From contig JBDGQO010000013.1 of assembly GCA_042219045.1 (NCBI GenBank), forward strand, positions 17,348 through 81,347: a stretch of 64,000 nucleotides of DNA. Reading direction: 5' to 3'. Shown piece by piece: positions 27,571-36,047 of the stretch (position 1 is its first letter; each line of letters opens with the position of its first letter). The notes under the pieces were generated by a model, which was given only the letters and a program-made list of their open reading frames with translations, was not told where the DNA came from and made no database searches. Made by a program: the position numbers and the translations under genes. Origin of the DNA: Candidatus Bipolaricaulia bacterium. GTDB lineage: Bacteria > Bipolaricaulota > Bipolaricaulia > RBG-16-55-9.

Positions 27571-28026
27571 TCAGGCGGGGTCGAACGGGGGACAAACGCG
27601 GGCGTCGGCCAGCTGGGCCAGCGGAACCTCCAGCTCGCCCTGGTCGGTCGCCAGCGCCACGTTCTCGCTGTCGACCGTCTGGAGCGTCCCCGTCCAGTTG
27701 CGCTGGCCCGCAATGGGGGCGTACGTCTTGATCCGGATCGCTTCGCCGATGACCCGATGGAAATGCCCCTCGGTCCGCAGGGGCCGATCCAGGCCGGGCG
27801 AGGAGACCTCCAGCTCGTATCCTTGATCGACGGCCTCGTCAAACGGATCCTCCAGCGCGCGGCTGACGCGCTCGCAGTCGTCCAGCGTCACGCCGCCCGC
27901 CTTGTCGATCATCACCTGCAGCAGCCAACGGCCGGGCGTCTGGCGCAGTTCGAGCCAATAGAGCTCGACGCCTTCCGTTTCGGCGATCGACGCCGCGATC
28001 TCGCTCAACTCGTCTCGCTTGCTCAT
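27571..28026 (-). CDS. rimP: Ribosome maturation factor RimP
   Basis: IDKAGGVTLDDCERVSR, YELEVSSPGLDRPL; upstream of nusA. Confidence 0.95.
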   Translation of the reverse strand: MSKRDELSEIAASIAETEGVELYWLELRQTPGRWLLQVMIDKAGGVTLDDCERVSRALEDPFDEAVDQGYELEVSSPGLDRPLRTEGHFHRVIGEAIRIKTYAPIAGQRNWTGTLQTVDSENVALATDQGELEVPLAQLADARVCPPFDPA

Positions 28027-28036
28027 TGCAACCCCC

Positions 28037-28064
28037 ATTATACGGGAAAGCGTCTGCGGATCAA
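28037..28064 (-). promoter_or_regulatory. Promoter for rimP-nusA with almost no leader
   Basis: Minus strand TTGATC-16 nt-TATAAT; the -10 box ends 10 nt before the ATG. Confidence 0.5.
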
Positions 28065-28114
28065 TCGGATGCATGTTCCGCGCTCGACGGATATAACGTC
28101 ATCGGGGTGACGCC

Positions 28115-29053
28115 ATGCCATACGTCTGGACCGTGCCCGCCGAGGCCGAGGGCGAACGGCTCGATCGCTGGCTGGTCGGCCAGCGTCCGGAGCTGTCACG
28201 AGCCCGGATTCAGACGCTCATTCGCGGGGGATCCGTGCAGCTCGACGGCCGAGGCGCCAAGCCGAGCACTCGGTTGACGTCCGGCGCTCGGGTCACATTC
28301 GAGATCCCGCCCCATCCGCGCGCGGTCGTGGAGCCCGAACCGATGGATCTGGCCATCCTCCACGAGGACGACGATATCGTCGTCGTGAACAAGCCCTCCG
28401 GGCTGGTCGTCCACCCCGCCGCCGGCCACGAGCGCGGCACGCTCGTCAACGGGCTGTTGCACGAGCGCGCGCTGGCCTCGGGCCACGACCCAAGTCGTCC
28501 CGGCATCGTCCATCGGCTGGACAAGGCGACCAGCGGCGCCATCGTCGTCGCCAAGCGCGAGCGCGCGCACGCGAGCCTCGTGGAGCAGTTCAAGGCTCGA
28601 TCCGTGGGGAAGACGTACGTGGCGCTGGTCCATGGCGTCTTGGCCGACTCGGAAGGGCGCATCGACGCGCCGATCGGGCGCCATCCGAAGCACGCTCGGG
28701 AGCAGGCCGTGCGCGCCGACGGCGGCAAGGCCGCGCTCACGGACTTCCGCGCTCTGCGCACGTTCGGGGATCGCACGCTCGTAGCGGCCTTTCCGAGGAC
28801 GGGCCGGACGCATCAGATTCGCGTCCACCTGGCAGCCATCGGGCACCCCGTGGTGGGCGATCCGCTTTACGGCCGGAGCGTCAACGGAGAAACCCTCATG
28901 TTGCACGCGTGGAGACTGGCCCTTGATCATCCGGCGACGGGCGAGCGGATGGCGTTCACGGCCGCTCTTCCGCCCCGATTCCGGAGCGTCGTCGAGGCGG
29001 TTGAGGAGCTTGAGTTGACGGCGTGGGCACGTCCGCCCGAAGCATCCGAATGA
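28115..29053 (+). CDS. RluA-family pseudouridine synthase (RluD-like, S4 domain)
   Basis: RLDRWL, VNKPSGLVVHP, RPGIVHRLDKATSG, TGRTHQIRVH, LHA. Confidence 0.93.
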   Translation: MPYVWTVPAEAEGERLDRWLVGQRPELSRARIQTLIRGGSVQLDGRGAKPSTRLTSGARVTFEIPPHPRAVVEPEPMDLAILHEDDDIVVVNKPSGLVVHPAAGHERGTLVNGLLHERALASGHDPSRPGIVHRLDKATSGAIVVAKRERAHASLVEQFKARSVGKTYVALVHGVLADSEGRIDAPIGRHPKHAREQAVRADGGKAALTDFRALRTFGDRTLVAAFPRTGRTHQIRVHLAAIGHPVVGDPLYGRSVNGETLMLHAWRLALDHPATGERMAFTAALPPRFRSVVEAVEELELTAWARPPEASE

Positions 29054-29552
29054 AGTTGCGCAGGTAGTCGCCGCCTGCGAGGAGGACCAACCCGAGCGCG
29101 CCGTAGACGAGGTAGTTGTCGTAGGGCTCGTAAGGCAGGTTGAGCAGCTCCGCCAGGAGCGCAAGGGAGAGCACGAACGACGCCGTCTTGCCCAGGGACC
29201 GAGTGGGAGGCGGATGGGGAACACGGCGCATCCAGATGAACGCGCCGATCGCCATGCCGCCCTCGATGACCACGAGGAACGCGATCGTCGCCCAAGGCAG
29301 ATCGCCAATGGCGACCAGCGTCGTGAACAGCAAGAGAAAGACGAACTTGTCGATGACGGGATCGAGGAGCTGGCCGAGCGGCGTCTCCTCTCGGCGCAGT
29401 CGCGCAACCACCCCATCCAGCAGGTCGGCGGCTTGCGCGACGAGCACCAGCGCGAACGCGAGCAGACGCTCCCCGCTGAGGAGAGCCCAAATGACCGGCG
29501 GCATGAACGCCAATCGCATCAGCGTGATTCCGCTGGCCAGGGTTAAGCGCAT
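28956..29552 (-). CDS. CDP-alcohol phosphatidyltransferase (PgsA-like)
   Basis: ITLMRL and signature ADLLDGVVAR...TPLGQLLDPVIDK. Confidence 0.88.
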   Translation of the reverse strand: MRLTLASGITLMRLAFMPPVIWALLSGERLLAFALVLVAQAADLLDGVVARLRREETPLGQLLDPVIDKFVFLLLFTTLVAIGDLPWATIAFLVVIEGGMAIGAFIWMRRVPHPPPTRSLGKTASFVLSLALLAELLNLPYEPYDNYLVYGALGLVLLAGGDYLRNFIRMLRADVPTPSTQAPQPPRRRSGIGAEERP

Positions 29553-29602
29553 GATGGCCTCAGTGTAGCTCCCAGCGTCTCCGATGTAAACAGGCGTTTT
29601 CC

Positions 29603-30985
29603 TCAATCGATGACCTTGCGTTGCCACGACCCCGTGGCAAACAGGCCCAGGGCAATGGCGGCCGCCGCCACGTTGCTGACCATCATGCCGTACCAGACGC
29701 CTGTGGCGCCCATCTGCCAGACCAAGCCGAGCAGCGCACACAACGGGACCCGGAGCGCCCACAGTCGCGCCAAGCCCATGATCATCGTCGGGACGTTGTG
29801 CCCGGATCCGCGAAACACCGATTCGATGGCGACGAAGATGCCAAAGAAAGGCAAGCCCCAGACGAAGATTCCCATGAACTCCACGCCCGCGGCGATGACG
29901 TCCTCGCGTCCGGGAATAAAAGCCGCCATGAGTGGGGCGCGAATGAGCCAGATGACCGTTGCCTCCACCGCCAGTAACGCGAACATGAACGCCATGCCCC
30001 GCCTGACGGCCGTCCAGGCCCGCTCGAGCATGTCGGCGCCCAAGGTCTGGCCCAAAATCGTCGTCAGCCCGACGCCGAGCCCATGCATCGCAATGAACAA
30101 CAGCCCGAAGATGCGGTCGCCGATTCCGTAGGCGGCCAGCGCGACCGTCGCGTTCGGCACCCGGCCGATAATGGCCATGAGCACGACGAAGCCGAAGGCC
30201 GTTCCCGATTGTCCGACGGCGGCCGGCAAGCCGATCCAGGTAATCTTACGGAACCAGGGCCATCGGGGCCGAAGTTGCGTCGGGATCAACCGGATCCCCT
30301 TGGTGCCGCGGCTCAGCACGCCCAACGCGAGCACCGCGGCCGATCCCTGGCTCGCCACAGTCGCGATTGCGGCGCCCAACAGCCCGAGCGACGGGAACGG
30401 GCCGAGGCCAAAGATGAGCGCAGGGTCAAGGAGAAGGTTCAGCGCAACGCCCGTGCTGTTGACGAGCATCGGCGTGACGGTGTCGCCGTAGGCCGACAGC
30501 GCGAACTGGAACAGAAACGGCACGCCCAACAGCGGTAGGCCGAGAAAGATCACCCGAATGTAGAGCGAGGCCTGCTCGGTGACGGCCCCTTCGGTCACGA
30601 GCAGCGGCAGGAGCTTGGGCGCGAGCACAAAGCCGGCCGCGGCCATGGCGACCCCCGCCGTGACCAGAAAGGCAAAGATCTGGGTCAGGGCGACGTTGGC
30701 ATCGTTGTGACGCCGCGCACCCGTGTATTGGCCAATGAGCGCGCTGGCCGCTGCGCCGCTCAACCCGGCCACGAACGAGATCAGCAGCCAGACGACCGGC
30801 CAGGAGACCTGAATGGCCGCCACCGACGGGCCGCTCGTCTCCGGCGGGAGGTGGCCGATCCAGAAGGCGTCGGCCAGGTTGTAGAGCGCCTGGAGCAGGC
30901 TCGTCACCATGGCGGGCCAGCCGAGGCGCACCATGGTGCGCACCAGCGGCCCGTGCAGGATCTGCTCGGTGGAGACGCGGGCCAT
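29603..30985 (-). CDS. MATE family efflux transporter
   Basis: LYNLADAFWIGHL, GDTVTPM, LDPALIFG, GAAIAT, IGLP, LAAYGIG. Confidence 0.92.
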   Translation of the reverse strand: MARVSTEQILHGPLVRTMVRLGWPAMVTSLLQALYNLADAFWIGHLPPETSGPSVAAIQVSWPVVWLLISFVAGLSGAAASALIGQYTGARRHNDANVALTQIFAFLVTAGVAMAAAGFVLAPKLLPLLVTEGAVTEQASLYIRVIFLGLPLLGVPFLFQFALSAYGDTVTPMLVNSTGVALNLLLDPALIFGLGPFPSLGLLGAAIATVASQGSAAVLALGVLSRGTKGIRLIPTQLRPRWPWFRKITWIGLPAAVGQSGTAFGFVVLMAIIGRVPNATVALAAYGIGDRIFGLLFIAMHGLGVGLTTILGQTLGADMLERAWTAVRRGMAFMFALLAVEATVIWLIRAPLMAAFIPGREDVIAAGVEFMGIFVWGLPFFGIFVAIESVFRGSGHNVPTMIMGLARLWALRVPLCALLGLVWQMGATGVWYGMMVSNVAAAAIALGLFATGSWQRKVID

Positions 30986-31094
30986 TCAGGCGTCGTCTTC
31001 CGCGCTCACGGCTGGCCCATCTGTCGCCGAGCCCAGGTCGTCATTCCCATTCCGTTTGGTCGCCTCGATTCCCGGAGCGGTCCCGAAAACCGGA

Positions 31095-34004
31095 TCAGAA
31101 CAGCTGTGGCAACTGGACGTCCAGATACGCCTGCGGTCGGTCCTCGCCGAGGCCTTGGCCGATGCCGCCCACAAGGGCAATCGAGGAGCGATACCCGAGC
31201 GTCAGCGACACCTGCAGTTCCGCGCCGTAGCCGATCCGAACGTCCTTCGGGTTGAGCGTATCGCCGGCCATGCCGGCATCGACGAAGACGCCACCGCCGA
31301 CGTTGTCCACGAGCACGGGGCGGCTGTTGACGGTTCGGTCCACCTGGAACAGCGGGAAGTCGTATTGGACGCTGGCCGTCACGGCCTGTTGGCCCTGAGC
31401 GACCGACGGGCCGAATCCGCGAACGGTGAAGCCACCGCCCGTCATGGGTGCCTCCAACGTCGGGCCACCGAGGGCGAAGCTTTCCGCGTCGTGCGGGCTG
31501 TCCGTCCAGCCGCCGCGCACCTCCAACGAAACGCGATGCGTCTCGGCGATCGGAAGTCGAACGGTCTCGCTCCAACTCAGCGTCAGGCGCCGGTACCATT
31601 CGCCGAGCGTCTCCACGTTGATCAACTCACCCGAGATCGACACGTTCGAGCTGTGAGCAAACCGCTCGCTCCGCTGGACCGCGTCGTAGACGTACTGACC
31701 TGACAGCGTCGTCGTCGTGCGAGTTGCGGAGGACGTGGACGTGTCAGACCCGTTTTGCGACGATTTGTCCGGTGAGGAAGCGGCCTTGGAGGATTTTTCG
31801 CTGGATGAACCTCCATTGTTTGGGGCCTCTCGATTGATAAGGCGACGGTATCCCAGGCCCAAGCTCTGATTTCGATCCGAGGACACCTCCAGCGGAACCG
31901 TGACATTGAGCCCGACCGACGTCCGTGCCCGATTCCCGCTGGCGCTGACGGTCAGCGGCAGCGAGCCGTTGTTCTGATAGCTGAGCGCGTAGACGGGTCG
32001 TTCCGACTGGAGATCCCACCCGAGGGTCGCACTGTAGGTATGCGTCAAAAGCGGATCGTTGCCCATCGTCATGACACCGAACCCGCCTTGCAGGGGCGTC
32101 GGAATCCAGAGCTTCGGGGTCATGAGCGGAATCGGGTTGTACGGCTGGGGCTCCCCGCCGTCCGTGGGATAGCCATCCCAGGACGGAACGTCGGTCTCGG
32201 GCAGCTCCACGGGCCGCCATTGCTCGGGCTGGAGCGGGAGCCGCGCAACGTCGTAGCCATCGCCTTCGTAGCCGAGATACGCCAGCGACTGTCCGTCGGA
32301 CGATACCGTCGGCGCGAAAGCGCCGCTCATCGCGTTGGTGATCTGGAAGCTCTCGCCGCTGTCCACGTCGATGGCGAACAGGTTGTCGCGGCGATTCAGA
32401 TCCGAACTGAAGATGACGTATTGCCCATCGGCCGAGAAGACCGGATCGCTGTCCTCGTTCTTGTTTTGGGTGAGCGCCGTCAGTTCGCCGCCGTCAGCGG
32501 GCATGGTGTAGATGTCCTGATAGCCGCCGGGGCGCCAGAGCGCCAGCGCGATCCGCTCGCCATCTGGCGAGATCGACAGCGACTGGATCACCGCGCCCAT
32601 GTCGGCGAAATTCCGAACAGTTCGGATCTCACCCGAGTCCATGTCGCGAGCCATTAATGCGCTCTGGCCGGCATGGTTGACCTGCTTGGCGTAGTAAAGC
32701 GTCTCCCCATCGGGGGAAAACGCCGGACTGTAAGCACGTTCGCCGTGGGTCAGACGCTTGGGCTCGGTGGACTCGATGTCGGCTCCGTCCGTCTGCACGC
32801 TCACCTGATAGAGGTCGCTACGAATGGAACGTCGGTCGACGGGGTCTTGTCGAGAAAAGACGAGCGTCTGGCCATCGGGCGACCAGGCCGGCCCACTCGC
32901 CGACCCGGCGACGATTTCCGTGTCATCCGTTCCATCGGGCCGCACGACGCGCAGGCCATTGCGGCTCGGATCGCTGTGCGTGTAGGCGATCAGGTCCCGC
33001 GACGACCAAGCCGGATCATCCGTGGAGAATCCGTGATCGGTGAGGTCGCGGCCCACGAGCACGCCCGCTTCTCGAATCGATCGAATCTCGGGCACAAACT
33101 GCGTGCGGAGCCAATCCGTGAAGTTGGCGTACATCGTTTCAGGGGAGACGCCGAAGGCCTCTTGGGTGACCTCGCTGAACTTCGGCCCCATGCCGAACAG
33201 GGCGGAGATTTGCAGCGGCTTGTCCGCGTTGGCGTCGGTGAAGCGCTGCAGCGCGTCGTCGCCGTGCGTCTGTTCGAGATATTTCATCAGCCAGGCGCTG
33301 TAGTTGTAGACGAGCAGGCCGAGTGACGGCCACTCGTCCCGCTGGTTGACCCCCCGAATTTCCGCCCACGTAGGGAAATCGTTGTCCAGCACCATCTGGC
33401 GAATCATCATGCGCGTGCGGCTGTCGTTCAGGCGTGACTCCTCCACGATCTCGTGTTTTTCGTAGACCGCGAGCCCTTCCACGAACGGAATGGGCTTGAC
33501 GGCGTTCGGCGTAATGATGTTGCCGAATAGCCGCTCCAGGAGGTTGTGAATCCCGCGGGTCTGGCGCAGATCGACCGCGTGGACGAGCTCGTGGGTGACC
33601 ACCGTCTTCCACCAGGAATCGGGGCGAACGTTGAAGTTCTCGGCCAGTTCCCGATGCGAGGCGAAAATCGCCACCTGATCCGAGACGGGATTGCTGAAAC
33701 CGTTGGGAAAGTCGAACGGATCAGTCAACACGAGATCGATCGTCGCGGGCGCCTCGCCGAACTCGTCCCGCAGTTGGGTGTAGGCGTCTTCAGCCAGGGA
33801 CGAGACCTGGCGGGCGACGCCCTCGAGGCCGTTGTGGAAGTGAATCCGGAAATGCTCTGTCGTCAGCGTTCGCCACTCGAGATCGTCGTTGAAGTCCAAG
33901 CTGGCCACGCCGATCTGGGCCGAGGCGACCGACCCGAATGCCACCGCACAGATGGCGGCCATGAGAATCGCGCGCAGGCATCGTCGATGCCACATCGGAG
34001 CCAT
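31095..34004 (-). CDS. Secreted protein with zinc-peptidase-like domain, TolB/PD40 beta-propeller and Omp85-like C-terminal barrel
   Basis: Signal peptide; WRTLTTEHFRIHF; HELVH followed by FVEGLA; repeated P(A/V)(W/F)SPDG; VRGF motif; terminal Phe; ATG 34004 after GAGGAGG. Confidence 0.8.
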   Translation of the reverse strand: MAPMWHRRCLRAILMAAICAVAFGSVASAQIGVASLDFNDDLEWRTLTTEHFRIHFHNGLEGVARQVSSLAEDAYTQLRDEFGEAPATIDLVLTDPFDFPNGFSNPVSDQVAIFASHRELAENFNVRPDSWWKTVVTHELVHAVDLRQTRGIHNLLERLFGNIITPNAVKPIPFVEGLAVYEKHEIVEESRLNDSRTRMMIRQMVLDNDFPTWAEIRGVNQRDEWPSLGLLVYNYSAWLMKYLEQTHGDDALQRFTDANADKPLQISALFGMGPKFSEVTQEAFGVSPETMYANFTDWLRTQFVPEIRSIREAGVLVGRDLTDHGFSTDDPAWSSRDLIAYTHSDPSRNGLRVVRPDGTDDTEIVAGSASGPAWSPDGQTLVFSRQDPVDRRSIRSDLYQVSVQTDGADIESTEPKRLTHGERAYSPAFSPDGETLYYAKQVNHAGQSALMARDMDSGEIRTVRNFADMGAVIQSLSISPDGERIALALWRPGGYQDIYTMPADGGELTALTQNKNEDSDPVFSADGQYVIFSSDLNRRDNLFAIDVDSGESFQITNAMSGAFAPTVSSDGQSLAYLGYEGDGYDVARLPLQPEQWRPVELPETDVPSWDGYPTDGGEPQPYNPIPLMTPKLWIPTPLQGGFGVMTMGNDPLLTHTYSATLGWDLQSERPVYALSYQNNGSLPLTVSASGNRARTSVGLNVTVPLEVSSDRNQSLGLGYRRLINREAPNNGGSSSEKSSKAASSPDKSSQNGSDTSTSSATRTTTTLSGQYVYDAVQRSERFAHSSNVSISGELINVETLGEWYRRLTLSWSETVRLPIAETHRVSLEVRGGWTDSPHDAESFALGGPTLEAPMTGGGFTVRGFGPSVAQGQQAVTASVQYDFPLFQVDRTVNSRPVLVDNVGGGVFVDAGMAGDTLNPKDVRIGYGAELQVSLTLGYRSSIALVGGIGQGLGEDRPQAYLDVQLPQLF

Positions 34005-34095
34005 CGTTTCCTCCTCTGATTGTTCATGTTGGTCCGCGTAACGGTTGAAAAGTTGAGCCACGGACATCAAGGTCGCTGGTTGAGAAGCAAGCTCG

Positions 34096-35160
34096 TCAGA
34101 AGTTCACGGTGAACCGCGGTGAGCCGTCTTGCGGCACCGCAAGTCGGGCCTTCACGGAGACGTTCCGCACGCTCAGCGTAAGCGATGCGGTCCAACTGAA
34201 GCCCATCTTCGAGGTCCATTCCATGTCGATCTCGTCCGGCGAATCCGCTTGTTGGGCGCCTGTCGTTTCGGAGGAGCCGTTGGGCGATTCGCTCTTGGCC
34301 TCCGATCGCCGGTCCGCGTTGGCGACGTGGACGCCGATGTCGCCGCGCAGCGTCAGCGGAATCTCGGTCGGTATGGTGTTCGGCCACTCCGGCGGCACCG
34401 GGAGCGGGATGCCCGTCTCGTACATGGGGAAGGATCGGCTCAGCGTTAACTGCCAGTAGCGCTCGCCCGTGAGCGAGCCCCCCAGACCCGGGACCCCGGT
34501 GCTGAACTCGTATCCCGCGAGATCCGCTGCGTTGGTGAGCGAGCCGTACCGGACGTTGGCGCTGAAGCCGTCAAGTGACAAGCTCACCGAGCCCCTGTTG
34601 GACTGGAACGTCTTCCCAAGCGTGGAGCCGTCCATGAGCGCGCCGAAGGTCATGACCGAGTTGGTGCGGGCCCGGACGCCGTAGGCCAAGTCGAACGACG
34701 TCCCCGAATCCAACTGGATGTAGCCGACGTTGCGGTCGGGTTGATCGTCTCGGCCCCAGAGCGAGCCGACAAAGCCCGTCGCGCGGGTCTCGCCGACGCT
34801 GATGCCGAGCTCCACGCCGCTTTGGCCCTCACGACCCAAGATGGGGCTGCTCGGCCAGTCGACGACCGCCAAGCTCGGGTTACCGACGCGTTGATCAAGC
34901 ACCGGGATCGAAACTCCCGTGGTCACTTTCAAGCCAGCCTGATAGCGGACGCGCCCGCTATCGAAGCCATAGGCTGCCGCCGCCCGAGGCTTCCACAGGC
35001 CGCCTATGGCGGGGAGATTCGTATCGAATCCGACGAGTCGACCGTCCTTGCTCGTGGTCGTGTAGACCGGTCTGACGGGTTGGGCCTGCCCGAGCTCTGC
35101 CACGACAGTCATGGGCAAACCGACCGCCAACAACGCAATCATGAGAGATCGAGTGCTCAC
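34096..35160 (-). CDS. Hypothetical outer-membrane beta-barrel-like protein
   Basis: Signal peptide, amphipathic beta-strand pattern, C-terminal RFTVNF; SD GGAGG before the GTG. Confidence 0.6.
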   Translation of the reverse strand: MSTRSLMIALLAVGLPMTVVAELGQAQPVRPVYTTTSKDGRLVGFDTNLPAIGGLWKPRAAAAYGFDSGRVRYQAGLKVTTGVSIPVLDQRVGNPSLAVVDWPSSPILGREGQSGVELGISVGETRATGFVGSLWGRDDQPDRNVGYIQLDSGTSFDLAYGVRARTNSVMTFGALMDGSTLGKTFQSNRGSVSLSLDGFSANVRYGSLTNAADLAGYEFSTGVPGLGGSLTGERYWQLTLSRSFPMYETGIPLPVPPEWPNTIPTEIPLTLRGDIGVHVANADRRSEAKSESPNGSSETTGAQQADSPDEIDMEWTSKMGFSWTASLTLSVRNVSVKARLAVPQDGSPRFTVNF

Positions 35161-35420
35161 GGGATGCCACCTCCGGGCGCTATTCTAGACCACGTATCGC
35201 GCCTCGTCATCCATCGTAGAAGCTCGTTAGCGGTCTCGGGTCGGCTTAACGGGGAGTGCCAAGTTGAGGTCGGCGCCCGAGTGTCCCAAGAAGCGTCTCA
35301 TGAACCCTCAGATCCGTCGGGAAGCCGTTTGCTTGCCCTATTGTTTTGTAGAAAGTTTGGCGATTTTGTTGCGCGGAATCGACCCATGCTCCATCGCGCT
35401 CGGTCTCGAATTGGGGCCGG

Positions 35421-35963
35421 TTATTCCACCGCTTCGCGGAGCAGTTGTTCGTGGATTTCCAGATCCTGAGCCGAAAAGAGGACAAAGCGGACGAGTTGCA
35501 CGCTCGCTAGCGAGGGGACCATCTCCCGGATCGTGGCGAACGCGATGCGAGCCGCATCCGGGGTGGGATAGTCGAACGCGCCCGTGGAAATGGCGGGGAA
35601 CGCCAGCGAGGAAAGCTCGTGCTCTTCGGCCAACTCCAGCGCCCGGCGATAGCAGTTGGCCAAAAGCTCGTCGGCCGGCTCGTCGCGCCCGTAGACCGGG
35701 CCAAGGCAGTGAATAACGTGGGGATTGGGCAGGTTTTGGCCGCCCGTGATGACCGCCTCACCCGGCTTGATGGGCGCCAACGGACGGCACTCCTCGGCCA
35801 ACTCTGGTCCGGCTGCTCGGTGGATCGCGCCGGCAACGCCGCCTCCCGTCTTCAACTCCGCATTGGCCGCATTCACAACCGCATCGACGTCCGGCTGATT
35901 GGCGATGTCGCCCTGAATCAACTCGATGCGGACGCCGTCAAGCGTCGTCTCCATCGCGAACAT
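35421..35963 (-). CDS. Macro domain (ADP-ribose / O-acetyl-ADP-ribose hydrolase) protein
   Basis: GDI, VNAAN, GGGVAGAIH, VIHCLGP, FPAISTGAFDYP. Confidence 0.93.
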   Translation of the reverse strand: MFAMETTLDGVRIELIQGDIANQPDVDAVVNAANAELKTGGGVAGAIHRAAGPELAEECRPLAPIKPGEAVITGGQNLPNPHVIHCLGPVYGRDEPADELLANCYRRALELAEEHELSSLAFPAISTGAFDYPTPDAARIAFATIREMVPSLASVQLVRFVLFSAQDLEIHEQLLREAVE

Positions 35964-36047
35964 CCCCCCTGAACGTCCCAGTATAGCGCCCAGCCGCCGT
36001 GCGTCGCCGAAGGCTGTCTGCCCGCTCGGGGGCGTATGTCGGCGGTG

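Noticed and set aside
35421-35963. DarTG or other ADP-ribosylation defence system
   Set aside because: Stand-alone macrodomain with no adjacent ADP-ribosyltransferase or sirtuin
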